NCBI GenBank assembly: GCA_964016885.1
Contig: OZ024766.1
Location: 10,354,001-10,418,000, forward strand
Length of the DNA: 64,000 nt
Direction of reading: 5' to 3'
From: Eledone cirrhosa
Taxonomy: Eukaryota
The notes under the pieces were generated by a model. The model saw only the letters and a program-made list of their open reading frames with translations. It did not search any database and was not told the DNA's origin. The first letter of the stretch is position 1; the number at the start of each line of letters is the position of its first letter. Below, one piece after another: positions 41,932 to 57,030 of this stretch. The translations under genes were made by a program, and so were the position numbers.

Positions 41932-42120
41932 TAATTGTTTCTACGTTAGGCACAAGGCCAGCAATTACCCAGTGCATTACTGGTACTTTATTTTATCGAC
42001 CCCGTAAGGATGAAAGGCAAAGTTAACCTTGGCGGGATTTGAACTCAGAAAGGCAAGGGCCGTAACTCTATACGTCAAAGCATGGCGTCCGACCCTCTAC
42101 CAATACTGCCAATCCACCGT
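41932..42120 (-). mobile_element. SINE family A
   Basis: A/B boxes and Meta-type core; flanking repeat of (ag)tacatagaataat. Confidence 0.85.
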
Positions 42121-42169
42121 ACATAGTACATAGAATAATACACAAACATCAGGGAAGTACATGTGTGTA

Positions 42170-42620
42170 TGTGTTAGCTGTAGTGTTGGCGGATCTCGGG
42201 AAGCATGGAGGCCTTAAAGGATGCAGTGTCTCGACAGCTAACAACTGATGCAGGCAGTTTGTTCCATGGAGGTTTTAAAGGATGCAGTGTCTCGACAGCT
42301 AACAACTGATGCAGGCAGTTTGTTCCATGGAGGTTTTAAAGGATGCAGTGTCTCGACAGCTAACAACTGATGCAGGCAGTTTGTTCCATGGAGGTTTTAA
42401 AGGATGCAGTGTCTCGACAGCTAACAACTGATGCAGGCAGTTTGTTCCATGGAGGTTTTAAAGGATGCAGTGTCTCGACAGCTAACAACTGATGCAGGTA
42501 GTTTGTTCCATGGAGGTTTTAAAGGATGCAGTGTCTCGACAGCTAACAACTGATGCAGGTAGTTTGTTCCATGCTTCAGCAACTCTGAGCGTGAAAAAAT
42601 GTTTCCGAAAGTCATGGGAA
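42170..42620 (-). mobile_element. CR1 3' end with ~6 x 61-bp tandem expansion
   Basis: HDFRKHFFTLRVAEAWNKLPASVV.C...SFK, the typical CR1 C-terminus; 61-bp period at 42221/42282/42343. Confidence 0.85.
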
Positions 42621-42780
42621 CTATATATGTAGGAGGTGAGTTTTATTGTAGTACAATAAAGCAATGCAGATATCGGATAAGAAGCACTCTACAGTTTGTA
42701 GGACTGGAGTATAAATAATATAAAATATAAAAAATATAAAAAGTATAAAAAATATAAATCTTTTGATCTTATATTATATA

Positions 42781-43476
<696 letters not shown>

Positions 43477-43486
43477 TATATATATA

Positions 43487-43590
<104 letters not shown>

Positions 43591-43632
43591 AATATATATA
43601 TATATCATCATGGATATATATATATATTTATA

Positions 43633-43714
<82 letters not shown>

Positions 43715-43735
43715 TATACACATATATATATACAC

Positions 43736-43790
<55 letters not shown>

Positions 43791-43799
43791 CATATACAC

Positions 43800-43830
<31 letters not shown>

Positions 43831-43887
43831 CATATACACATATATATATATACATATATATATATATACACATATATATACATACAC

Positions 43888-43924
<37 letters not shown>

Positions 43925-43931
43925 CACATAC

Positions 43932-43968
<37 letters not shown>

Positions 43969-43993
43969 TACATATATATATATACATATACAC

Positions 43994-44044
<51 letters not shown>

Positions 44045-44117
44045 TACATATATACACACATATATATATATATATATACATATATACACATATATATATA
44101 TACATATATATATATAG

Positions 44118-44151
<34 letters not shown>

Positions 44152-44431
44152 CAGAATGATTTTCAAGGAGTGCCAGTGTAAGTATTTTTGCTTATTTCTG
44201 AACAACCATATCAGCAGTAACTCTAAAATGACCACATATTCCGTATATGAAAGACACCTACATATAAGTATGCGGACGTGTGTGAGGTCAGCCAAGAACT
44301 ACTTCTTGACTGCTGCTGGTGTATATTATATACACATATTATATACACATATTATACACACAGTGCCTTTATTACACACGGAGAGTGTAACTAGGTGAGT
44401 CTGTTTTTGTTAAAATCCATATATATATATG

Positions 44432-44500
<69 letters not shown>

Positions 44501-44595
44501 AAGAGTTTTTAAGTTTCCGTATATATTTATTTACACACACAGATATATATATATATATATATTATATATATTTATATATATAAATTATATATATT

Positions 44596-44629
<34 letters not shown>

Positions 44630-44827
44630 TTATATATATATTTATATATATTATATATATAAATATATATATATATATATTATATATATAAATATATATA
44701 TATATATATTATATATATAAATATATATATATATATTATATATATAAATATATATATATATATTATATATATTTATATATATATTTATATATATATATTA
44801 TATATATTTATATATATTTATATATAT

Positions 44828-44889
<62 letters not shown>

Positions 44890-45276
44890 TATATATATAA
44901 ATATATATATATATATTATATATATAAATATATATATATTATATATATTTATATTATATATATTTATATATATATATACATATATTATATATATATATTA
45001 TATATATAAATATATATATATATATTATATATATAAATATATATATATATATTATATATATTTATATATATATTTATATATATATATTATATATATTTAT
45101 ATATATTTATATATATATATATATAAATATATATATATACATATATTATATATATATATATATATATATTTATTAAAATAACAGATTAAAGTTTAAGCAA
45201 AGAATCGATGCCTTCACCCTTAATGGGATCCTCTGAAACTAACAAAGTCAATCTGTAAATGCAGATTTATTATTAT

Positions 45277-45313
<37 letters not shown>

Positions 45314-45364
45314 CCTAAATACTTTCAGTTTGGTTTAATGTTTCTTTGTCAATAATCCTATGTC

Positions 45365-45434
<70 letters not shown>

Positions 45435-45777
45435 TTCATATAGTCTCTTTAGTTATGGCTTATATATTTTATCTTATTATAATATATATATATATATATG
45501 TATGTATGTATATGTATATATGTATGTATATGTATATATGTATGTAGATCTACAAAACCAAATTGTAAAATTATATTAAATTGTTTAGAACTACAAGTGA
45601 AGTGATTCCTTTCCGTTTTTTTAAATATCTACCTAACTGTACTAAGGATTTCACACATTTTCCTTTATATATATATATATATATATACACGTGTGTGTGT
45701 GACAACTCGCACATATGCTGCTTTAGCTGGCCTCCTCCAAGGTATATCTTGTTGGAGATGTCTTGGGTAATTTAATG

Positions 45778-45935
45778 ATATGGACCCCAGTCCCTACCAT
45801 CTCATTTCTACAGCTGAGTAAACTGGAGCAACATGAAATAAAGTGTCTTGCTCAAGGAAACAACACATCACCCTGTCCGAGAATTGAACTCACAACCTTT
45901 TGATTGCAAGGCCAATGCTTTAACCACTAAGCCTT
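45778..45935 (-). mobile_element. Partial SINE family B
   Basis: Homologous to 43160-43320. Confidence 0.78.
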
Positions 45936-46206
45936 CACACAGATACGTCTTGATTCTACAAAGCAGATTTTCCTATTAGGAATATATATTAGATATATGC
46001 AAAAGATATCGCTGACAATTAGAATATATATTAAGACAAATGCAAAAGATATCGCTGACAATTAGTCTTTTACCTCAAATTTATTTGAATATGCTTAATT
46101 TTCGAGATAATATCTCTTCTTCAGAGGGAAGTAAAGGGGTTAATCCAGTGTTCTAATTAGCTTGCCAAGTCATATATATATATGTATACATATATATATA
46201 TATATA

Positions 46207-46351
46207 TAGGAACCAGTAAGACCCCGACAGCTGAGCTCAAGTTCGTTTCGACGGCTAATTCTGGACTGAATTAGCCGTCGACTGAATTAGCAGTCCAGAA
46301 TTAGCCGTCGAAACGGCTTGAGCTCAGCTGTCGGGGTCTTACTGGTTCCTA
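46207..46351. repeat. Inverted repeat (~61-bp arms) containing the 3' half of a hammerhead
   Basis: 46207-46268 vs 46291-46351; ...ttagccgtc|GAAA|CGGCT-tgagctc-AGCTG|TC|gggg. Confidence 0.75.
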
Positions 46352-46587
46352 TTACCCACTCTACTACCTCAAGTATTGAGTACTTTGGTGCGTTATGGTC
46401 CACCTGGTTCCTTACCACATTTCCTTCGTTATAAATATATATATATATATATATATAAAAAACATGAGAAGAAAGAAGAATACTGCGTGGTTGCACATGG
46501 GTTACATATGATAAAATTAGTCCTTCGTCAGTGATTTGCCAACCATCATTGATATTTCATCGCATTATATTTGTATATATATATATA

Positions 46588-46766
46588 TGGCAGTATCGGT
46601 AGTGGGCATGGGCGCCATGCTTTCCAGCATAGTTACGTCCCTTTACGATCTGAGTTCAAATCCCGCCGAGGTTGACTTTGCCTTTCATCCTGACGGGGTC
46701 GATAAAATAAAGTACCAGTAATGCACTGGGTAATTGCTGGCCTTGTGCCTAAAGTAGAAACAATTA
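46588..46766 (+). mobile_element. SINE family A
   Basis: A/B boxes and Meta-type core. Confidence 0.85.
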
Positions 46767-46887
46767 TATTTGTATATATATATATATAAATATACATCTA
46801 ATATATATATATATATACATGTATATAAATACATATATATATCTATATACATAAAATGTGTGTGTGTCTATATATATATATATACAC

Positions 46888-46944
<57 letters not shown>

Positions 46945-47000
46945 TCTATCTATATACATAAAATGTGTGTGTGTCTCTATATATATATATATATATACAC

Positions 47001-47060
<60 letters not shown>

Positions 47061-47102
47061 ATATATATACATATATATATCTATATACATAAAATGTGTG
47101 TG

Positions 47103-47231
<129 letters not shown>

Positions 47232-47442
47232 ATATATACATATATATATCTATATACATAAAATGTGTGTGTGTCTGTATATATATATATATATATAATA
47301 TACTTATATATATATATATATTATATATACTATATATATATAGTATATATTTATATATATAGTATATATATTATATATACTTATATATATATATATATCA
47401 GTATATATATATATATAGTATATATATATATACTTATATATA

Positions 47443-47497
<55 letters not shown>

Positions 47498-47538
47498 TAT
47501 ATATATATATAGTATATATATATATAACTTATATATAT

Positions 47539-47582
<44 letters not shown>

Positions 47583-47807
47583 TTATATATATATATATAT
47601 ATATATATATACTATATATATATATATATAATTATATATATATATATATATACTTATATATATATATACTTATATATATATATATATATATATATATAAG
47701 TATATATATATATAAGTATATATATATATATATATACTTATATATATATATATATACTTATATATATATATATATACTTATATATATATATATATATAAG
47801 TATATAT

Positions 47808-47856
<49 letters not shown>

Positions 47857-47942
47857 TATATATATATATATACTTATATATATATATATATATATAAGTA
47901 TATATATATATATATATATATAAGTATATATATATATATAAT

Positions 47943-47989
<47 letters not shown>

Positions 47990-48189
47990 NNNNNNNNNNN
48001 NNNNNNNNNNNNNNNNNNNNNNNNNNNNNNNNNNNNNNNNNNNNNNNNNNNNNNNNNNNNNNNNNNNNNNNNNNNNNNNNNNNNNNNNNNNNNNNNNNNN
48101 NNNNNNNNNNNNNNNNNNNNNNNNNNNNNNNNNNNNNNNNNNNNNNNNNNNNNNNNNNNNNNNNNNNNNNNNNNNNNNNNNNNNNNNNN
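47990..48189. other. Assembly gap (200 N)
   Basis: Run of N inside a TA tract. Confidence 0.99.
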
Positions 48190-48207
48190 ATATATATATA
48201 TATATAT

Positions 48208-48376
<169 letters not shown>

Positions 48377-48912
48377 TGTATATATATATATACATATATA
48401 TATCTATATACATAAAATGTGTGTGTGTCTATATATATATATATATATACACACACAGGCACACACACATTGTCAAACACACCCAGTTACACAGTCTAAA
48501 GGCAAAAGCAAAAATGTTTCGTTTCCTTGTTTCATTTTCTCAGAAAATTCTCCATTTTTTTTTTCTTACCCCCTGCTTTTTCAATGTACTTCCTACTCTT
48601 CTTAACTACAAGATGCTGGAAATCAAACCCCCTGCCCATTCATCACTGACCGACACATCGCCCCCACTACCCCCCCCCCCCTTCTCAGAGTTTTCCGTAC
48701 AATTTTTTTTTTTTTTCTTCTTCCCGCCTTGCCGCACTTTGTTTAATCAGACGAATATTACCTCCAAATCTCTGTCTGAGACAAATCACCGAGGCCTAGT
48801 GAGGGCAAATAACTCCTTTGGCAAACATCGACATTGTGCCTCTACCCACGTGGCAAGCTATGTTAGACAATGGGATTGATAGTGCAGTTTAAATAAATGG
48901 CGGTTTAGGGTA

Positions 48913-50483
48913 TTAACCCTATAGCATTTACATTACTCTATATATACTATTGTATTGTCACAGTAAAGGCTTTACCTCACATAATATCTCACATAGCATT
49001 TACATTACTCTATATATACTATTGTATTGTCACAGTAAAGGCTTTACCTCACATAATATCTCACATAGCATTTACATTACTCTATATATACTATTGTATT
49101 GTCACAGTAAAGGCTTTACCTCACATAATATCTCACATAGCATTTACATTACTCTATATATACTATTGTATTGTCACAGTAAAGGCTTTACCTCACATAA
49201 TATCTCACATAGCATTTACATTACTCTATATATACTATTGTATTGTCACAGTAAAGGCTTTACCTCACATAATATCTCACATAACATTTACATTACTCTA
49301 TATATACTATTGTATTTTCACAGTAAAGGCTTTACCTCACATAACATTTACATTACTCTATATATACTATTGTATTTTCACAGTAAAGGCTTTACCTCAC
49401 ATAACATCTACATTACTCTATATATACTATTGTATTTTCACAGTAAAGGCTTTACCTCACGTAATATCTCACATAACATTTACATTACTCTATATATACT
49501 ATTGTATTTTCACAGTAAAGGCTTTACCTCACATAATATCTCATAACATTTACATTACTCTATATATACTATTGTATTTTCACAGTAAAGGCTTTACCTC
49601 ACATAATATCTCACATAACATTTACATTACTCTATATATACTATTGTATTTTCACAGTAAAGGCTTTACCTCACGTAATATCTCACATAACATTTACATT
49701 ACTCTATATATACTATTGTATTTTCACAGTAAAGGCTTTACCTCACATAATATCTCACATAACATTTACATGATATTATGTGAGATAAAGCCTTTACTGT
49801 GAAAATACAATAGTATATATGGAGTAATGTAAATGTTATGTGAGGTAAAGCCTTTACTGTGAAAATACAATAGTATATATAGAGTAATGTAAATGTTATG
49901 TGAGATATTATGTGAGGTAAAGCCTTTACTGTGAAAATACAATAGTATATATAGAGTAATGTAAATGTTATGTGAGATATTATGTGATGTAAAGCCTTTA
50001 ATGTGAAAATACAATAGTATATATAGAGTAATGTAAATGTTATGTGAGATATTATGTGAGGTAAAGCCTTTAATGTGAAAATACAATAGTATATATAGAG
50101 TAATGTAAATGTTATGTGAGATATTATGTGAGGTAAAGCCTTTACTGTGAAAATACAATAGCATATATAGAGTAATGTAAATGTTATGTGAGATATTATG
50201 TGAAGTAAAGCCTTTACTGTGAAAATACAATAGTATATATAGAGTAATGTAAATGTTATGTGAGATATTATGTGAGGTAAAGCTTTTACTGTGAAAATAC
50301 AATAGTATATATAGAGTAATGTAAATGTTATGTGAGATATTATGTAAGGTAAAGCCTTTACTGTGAAAATATAATAGTATATATAGAGTAATGTAAATGC
50401 TATGTGAGATATTATGTAAGGTAAAGCCTTTACTGTGAAAATACAAAAGTATATATAGAGTAATGTAAATGCTAAAGGGTTAA
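48913..50483. mobile_element. piggyBac-type foldback element: TTAA-CCCT...AGGG-TTAA with both arms made of 72-bp satellite units
   Basis: TTAACCCTATAGCATTTAC at 48913; GTAAATGCTAAAGGGTTAA ending 50483; array orientation flips at ~49770. Confidence 0.85.
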
Positions 50484-50802
50484 GAACGAAATCATATACT
50501 CTATAAAAGGAAGCTAGTTTTAGTGTGAGTGTGTGAATGCGGGTGTGAAAATGAAAGTGAAATTTTAGTTAAAGGTGCCATTTTGAATTTTGGGAAAATT
50601 TCCTCAGCCTTGTATAACTGGGTGTGTTGCATTCTCATCACACCCACCCCTTTCCATATGGCCCCACCACATCCTATGTACCCTACAACTACACCACCCC
50701 ATTCCATGTGTATATTTATGACACAGTCGACTTTCTATAAAAAATATATTTTGGAGATGCATTTTTATATTCTTTTTAATTGAAACTGAATCTATGCACT
50801 TG

Positions 50803-51513
<711 letters not shown>

Positions 51514-51516
<3 letters not shown>

Positions 51517-51793
51517 GGTGCGGATGATATTTATTCGAAAGATTACTGTCTCGGAAAAAATAACAGTAGTTTTATTTTTTAAGATATATTTATCAAACTT
51601 GGGTCAGTTTGTCTTCATGACTTGTTCTTTCGGTCTCACTCGATAAACTTTCGGTCTCACTCGATAAACTTTCGGTCTCACTCGATAAACTTTCGGTCTC
51701 ACTCGATAAACTTTCGGTCTCACTCGATAAACTTTCGGTCTCACTCGATAAACTTTCGGTCTCACTCGATAAACTTTCGGTCTCACTCGATAA
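51514..51793. mobile_element. Terminus of the Tc1/maT-like element with 8 x 21-bp tandem repeat
   Basis: Matches 55690-55825; TTTCGGTCTCACTCGATAAAC repeated. Confidence 0.8.
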
Positions 51794-51957
51794 ATAAATA
51801 TGGCGTTAGGGAGGGCATCCAGCTGTAGAAAACCTGCCAGGTAGTCCTATATGAGCGAGACACGGTTGCCTGACAAATCTTGCCTCAAGTGGGGCAACTC
51901 CCGTCTAACCCATGCTGGATGATGAAGACGATGGCGGATAGATAGATAGATATATCT

Positions 51958-51997
<40 letters not shown>

Positions 51998-52081
51998 ACC
52001 AATGATCTCAAGTCATCCCAATCCCCACCGTCTCATACCACCAGAAAAGATATAAATACCACCATAATTACTTGGACATTC

Positions 52082-52132
52082 AGCTTCCCGATGATTTCGC
52101 ATGAATGAAACAGTTCTAGTCCTGTAGAAGCT
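52082..52132 (+). ncRNA. Type I hammerhead with U4C core change
   Basis: agcttc|CCGATGA|t-ttc-gcat-gaa-t|GAAA|CAG-ttctagtc-CTG|TA|gaagct. Confidence 0.72.
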
Positions 52133-52219
52133 TTTCTATATTAAACATTTATACTTTGCTTTGTATTGAGTACCTTACTTACTGTGGTTACCTCCGATTC
52201 AACCTGGGATAAACTTATA

Positions 52220-52253
<34 letters not shown>

Positions 52254-52320
52254 CGTTTGAATATGTATAATAAAGCCAAAACAATGCAGGTATGGACATA
52301 GAATAAAGAAAACCTCCTCC

Positions 52321-52356
<36 letters not shown>

Positions 52357-52357
<1 letters not shown>

Positions 52358-52692
52358 CATCATTTCATTTTACGTCCACTTATCCCTGCTTGCAAGGGTG
52401 GGATGGAAACTGATTCTGGCTTGATTTCTACAGCTGGATGCCCTTCCTAACACCAACCTCATTTACAGTGAGTGCTGGGTGCTTTTTTGCCTTGGCACCT
52501 CCACGACCACTTTGCAGTGGAATGATATGGACCCCAGTCCCTATCATCTCATTTCTACAGCTGAGTAAACTGGAGCAATGTGAAATAAAGTCTCTTGCTC
52601 AAGGACACAACACATCACCCGGTCTGAGAATTGAACTCACAACCTTTCGATTGCAAGGCCAATGCTCTAACCACTAAGCTATGTGCCTCCAT
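52357..52692 (-). mobile_element. SINE family B
   Basis: Reverse-complement homolog of 43149-43476. Confidence 0.85.
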
Positions 52693-52700
52693 ATATATAT

Positions 52701-53306
52701 ATAAATGAATTGAGAGAGAGACTGAGCATAAGAGGAATCAAATGCTGTGTGCAGGAGAGGAGGTTGCGCTGGTATGGACATGTGATGCGTATGAAGGATG
52801 ACAGCTGCATAAAAAGGTGCAGAGCAGTAGAAGTCAATGGAAACCGTGGAGTGGGGAGACCCAAGATGACCTGGGATGAGGTAATAAAAGCCGACCTTAC
52901 CCAATTACACCTCTCAAAGGCGATGACACACGACCGTGACGTCTGGCGTCACGCAGTAATACAGAGTACCCGACCTCCCATGGGTACAAGCTGAAGCATA
53001 TAGACAATATTCCCCCACACCCTCCCACTGCAAGGTGGTCGTGGAGGTGCCACGGCCCAAAAGCACCCAGCCCACACTGTAAAGTGGACATGTAGGCGCC
53101 ACGAAAAGGCACCCACCACTCACTGTAAATGAGGTTGATGTTAGGAAGGGCATCCAGCTGTAGAAATCAAGCCAAATCAGTTCCTGTATGAGCAAGGCAT
53201 GGTCAGCCGACCAGACACTGCCCACATCAGGACAACCCGTCTAACCCATGGTAGCGTGGAAGAACGGACGTAAAACGGTGATGATGATGATGATGATGAT
53301 GATGAT
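52701..53306 (+). mobile_element. RTE 3' fragment
   Basis: [27 protein letters not shown]...; 3' UTR and (GAT)n tail. Confidence 0.93.
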
Positions 53307-53390
53307 ATATATATATATTAGCATAGTACCCATAGAAAGTTTATATATATATATATGGAGGAGGTTATAGTTCACTTGGGTACTATGCTA

Positions 53391-53431
<41 letters not shown>

Positions 53432-53744
53432 TATGCATGTATACGTACATACATATATGTATACAGACGTACAGTAGCATGCACATATATATATATATAT
53501 ACATATATACATACATATGCATACAGGTACACATACATATATGCACGTATCAGTTTAGCGGCGCTTATTATAACGTCGCTTTGTTCGTTTGTAAACAAAC
53601 AGAACAGCCTGAATTTATGCCATACGGTGTTAAGGCAACCACGTCACCTTTTTGTTCAACACTGACACAGGAACGATGTACTAGTTTCAAGCTTGTTAGC
53701 TATCATCAGCACCGTTTACCCATCTGCCAGATAGTTGAACGTTC

Positions 53745-53780
<36 letters not shown>

Positions 53781-53907
53781 TAGCATAGTACCCATATATT
53801 TGATAATTTGTTTCTTTCCATTTTATAGGATTTAACAACCTCTACAACAATACCAAACACACCGCCAACCACCAGCCTCCGCATTTTTGCAAGAAGGAAA
53901 AGTAAAG

Positions 53908-54177
53908 ATGAGCCAGCCACCCATGTACACGGAGCAGGAAATGTCCAAAGGCACTCCCCCTATGGTAGCCGGTCCTCCACCGGGAGCACCCGGGGGCTAC
54001 CCACCACAAGGTGGCTACGCACCACCTGGTAACTACCCACCCGCTGGTTACCCACCACCCGCTGGCTACCCACCCGCTGGATACCCACAACCTGGATACC
54101 CACCCGCTGGATACCCACCTGCTGGATACCCACCCGCTGGCTACCCTCAAAGCTCTACAAACAATACTTCAAACACT
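53908..54177 (+). CDS. First coding exon of a host gene with a Pro/Gly/Tyr-rich (GYPP) N-terminus
   Basis: Acceptor ttttatAG at 53828, aagATG at 53908, 90 codons MSQPPMY...NNTSNT, donor GTAAGT at 54178 (phase 0). Confidence 0.8.
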
Positions 54178-54283
54178 GTAAGTTTTCCTTTGGCGTCTGT
54201 TTCACCCATCACATCATACACTCCCTCTGCATTTTTTTCTCAATTACAACAACTAGCAGAAAAACCATCCTTAGGGCGGTTTT

Positions 54284-54853
54284 CTGCTAGCATGTGTAGT
54301 GTGTATATTGATATTATACGCAAGTATATATACATGTAGATATGATACATCAAATAAAATCGTAATTGATCATATATAATATATAATATACATAGAAATT
54401 GAACGAAGACTGTGTTACACTGTCTTATGTAATCAGTAACGTAATCCATGATACATTAAAAACAGACGATATTATATATCTGCTAGCATGTGTAGTGTGT
54501 ATATTGATATTATACACAAGTATATATACATGTAGATATGATACATCAAATAAAATCGTAATTGATAATATATAATACATAGAAATTGAACGAAGACTGT
54601 GTTACACTGTCTTATGTAATCAGTAACGTAATCCATGATACATTAAAAACAGACGATATTATATATCTGCTAACATGTGTAGTGTGTATATTGATATTAT
54701 ACGCAAGTATATATACATGTAGATATGATACATCAAATAAAATCGTAATTGACAATATATAATACATAGAAATTGAACGAAGACTGCGTTACACTGTCTT
54801 ATGTAATCAGTAACGTAATCCATGATACATTAAAAAAGACAATATTATATATA
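54284..54853. repeat. 3 x ~190-bp tandem repeat in intron
   Basis: ctgcta(g/a)catgtgtagt at 54284, 54480, 54667. Confidence 0.88.
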
Positions 54854-55049
54854 AACTGCATTAGGAGAAAATTAGTGACAGAAATATATGAATATTTATT
54901 TAAGCGATCGCTAACCGGAAGTGTTGACATTTGAAGATTTTAAAGAAATGAATCTTTAAATAACCAACAAAATTATTTATATTTAATCAAGAATAACGAA
55001 ATTTAGTAGATAAATTATATAATATTAATTCATTATTTATTCAAAGATG

Positions 55050-55240
55050 GTGGTGGATAGACAATATCGGTAGAGGGTCGGACGCCATGCTTTGACGCAT
55101 AGAGTTACAGCCCTTGCCATTCTGAGTTCAAATACCACCAAGGTTAACTTTGCCTTTCATCCTTACGGGGTCGATAAAATAAAGTACCAGTAATGCACTG
55201 GATAATTGCTGGCCTGGTGCCAAAAAGTAGAAACAATTAT
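55050..55240 (+). mobile_element. SINE family A
   Basis: B box and Meta-type core; flanked by duplicated attatttattcaaag. Confidence 0.85.
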
Positions 55241-55504
55241 TTATTCAAAGTAATCCAACTTATTTTACAAACAGGATAAAAAAATATATTCTGTACACAG
55301 TCCCGCACTCCTTACTTAATTATAGTTTAGATATAAACACCCTTGATTTACTCTTTCACTTGTTCCAGCCATCAGGCTAAGGCCATGCTGGGGCACCTAA
55401 TTTTTGCAGGACTGGCAATCGCTCTGTATAATCAGCTCCTGATTATTACTGGAATTCTATAAGAATCCAGCCTCTATAATTTTCGGCAGAAGAGGGCAGT
55501 ACTT

Positions 55505-55546
55505 AGCTCTGATGATTGCCAAACAGCATGAAACAGACTGTTAGCT
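55505..55546 (+). ncRNA. Minimal type I hammerhead, intact core, sense to host intron
   Basis: agct|CTGATGA|t-tgc-caaaca-gca-t|GAAA|CAGACTG|TT|agct. Confidence 0.72.
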
Positions 55547-55689
55547 TCTCTGTTTTCTTTCACCGAAAAGAAGTAAGTGACATAGTCACTACGTCAAAAT
55601 GATAGCATAAAGTCTTCAAAATGTTTTTAATTAAACATACGGTATATTTTGCAAAATATATTATACATACATTCATATATATGTATATA

Positions 55690-56558
55690 CAGGGTGGGGA
55701 CGATATCTGTTCGCAAGATTACTGTCTAGGAAAAAGTAACACAGTAGTTTTATTTTTTAAGATTTATTTATCAAACTTGGGTCAGTTTGTTTTCATGACT
55801 TGTTCTTTCGATCTCACTCGATAAATCCGCCATTGGCTTTGATGACAGCCTTAAGGCGGCCTCAGAACCAGCTACAGGCCTTCGTCACTGTCCCCCGATT
55901 TAGGCCCCTAAAGTCATTTGTGATCCTGGCCTTCAGATCGTCTTTCGTATTGCAGCTAGATCTGTTGGTGTCTCGTTCCACTACGCCCCACACAAAGAAG
56001 TCGAGGGGGCTGCAGTCAGGTGAAATGTAGTCGACGAAGTTCTCTGACAGCTAGGCTTGGGTCTTTCGGCTGGTATGGCAGGGCGCTGAGTCTTGCTGCC
56101 AGACGTACGGCCTACCTGCAGCTACCTGGTCAATCCAGGGCTTTACTACCTCGCTCAGAACGCGGATGTAGCCATCGGTGTTCAGCTTGAGGCCCTCAGC
56201 GAAGAAGTGAAGTGGCATGACGTCACCTTGACTGCTGACGACACCTAAGACCAATGTTGTCGCTGGAAACTTTGTCTGCATGACTCTGGGCATGTCTTTG
56301 GATGAGACAGCAAGCCACCTGTTGTTCTGGGAGTTGATCTTCTGGTCCTTATTTGTCCTCCCAGCGCTGATTCCAAGAAGAACTCCGTGTCTCTTCCACA
56401 AATTTGGAGGTTCAAAATTATTCATAATAATTTATTCTGAAAATAAATAATGGAAATATAGTCACTGTTTTTATGAAGACAAGAGTGACAACGGAAGTAA
56501 AAAAAATTGGCATAAAATTAGCAGTTGAAAATTGCAAACAGATATCGTCCACACCCTG
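55690..56558 (-). mobile_element. Internally deleted Tc1/mariner (maT-like) transposon
   Basis: TA|CAGGGTG.GGACGATATCTGTT TIRs, TA TSD; transposase remnant NSQNNRW, WQQDSAPCH, SPDCSPLDFFVW. Confidence 0.88.
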
Positions 56559-56653
56559 TATATATATACACACATACACATATACACGTGGAAGCCGTAA
56601 CCTATATATAGACATTAACATACCCATATATATATATTTATATTCTTTTTCAG

Positions 56654-56697
56654 ACTGTAGTTGTAGCTGGTGGAGGTGGTACAACCATCATCGAAAA
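56654..56697 (+). CDS. Second coding micro-exon of the host gene (TVVVAGGGGTTIIE)
   Basis: tctttttcAG acceptor, GTAAGT donor, in frame with exon 1. Confidence 0.7.
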
Positions 56698-57030
56698 GTA
56701 AGTTTCCCCTCTTTCTTCCCCCTCCCTCCCTCACCCCCTGCTCTGATACACAACAACACTACCAGCTCTCTCTTTCAATCTACTCTCTGTCAATCACTAC
56801 CCCCCCCTCTCTCTCTTTATAAAGGTACCCAGAAAAATCCCCATATCTCGTGAACCCATGCTCCGATTTACGCGAAACTTGTTTTATCCTATTTGTATTC
56901 CCATTTCAGGGTCAACTTCCTTTCAAAGTATTTTCCCATTATCCGCAGTTTTAGCTGTATTACATTACAGACAAGCACTCAAACACAGAGTTTTAATATG
57001 TATATAGATTGAAGTGAAACCCAACAGGTG

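Noticed and set aside
46040-46128. Minus-strand CTGAAGA-hairpin-GAAA as an intact hammerhead
   Set aside because: No UH site or stem I after GAAA; at most a decayed remnant
51627-51793. Regular 21-bp repeats as a CRISPR-like array (likewise the 61-93 bp arrays)
   Set aside because: No unique spacers, no cas genes, eukaryotic TE context
53887-54339. 150-aa single-exon ORF as given in the track
   Set aside because: Non-ATG start and read-through past a strong GTAAGT donor at 54178; better modelled as a spliced exon
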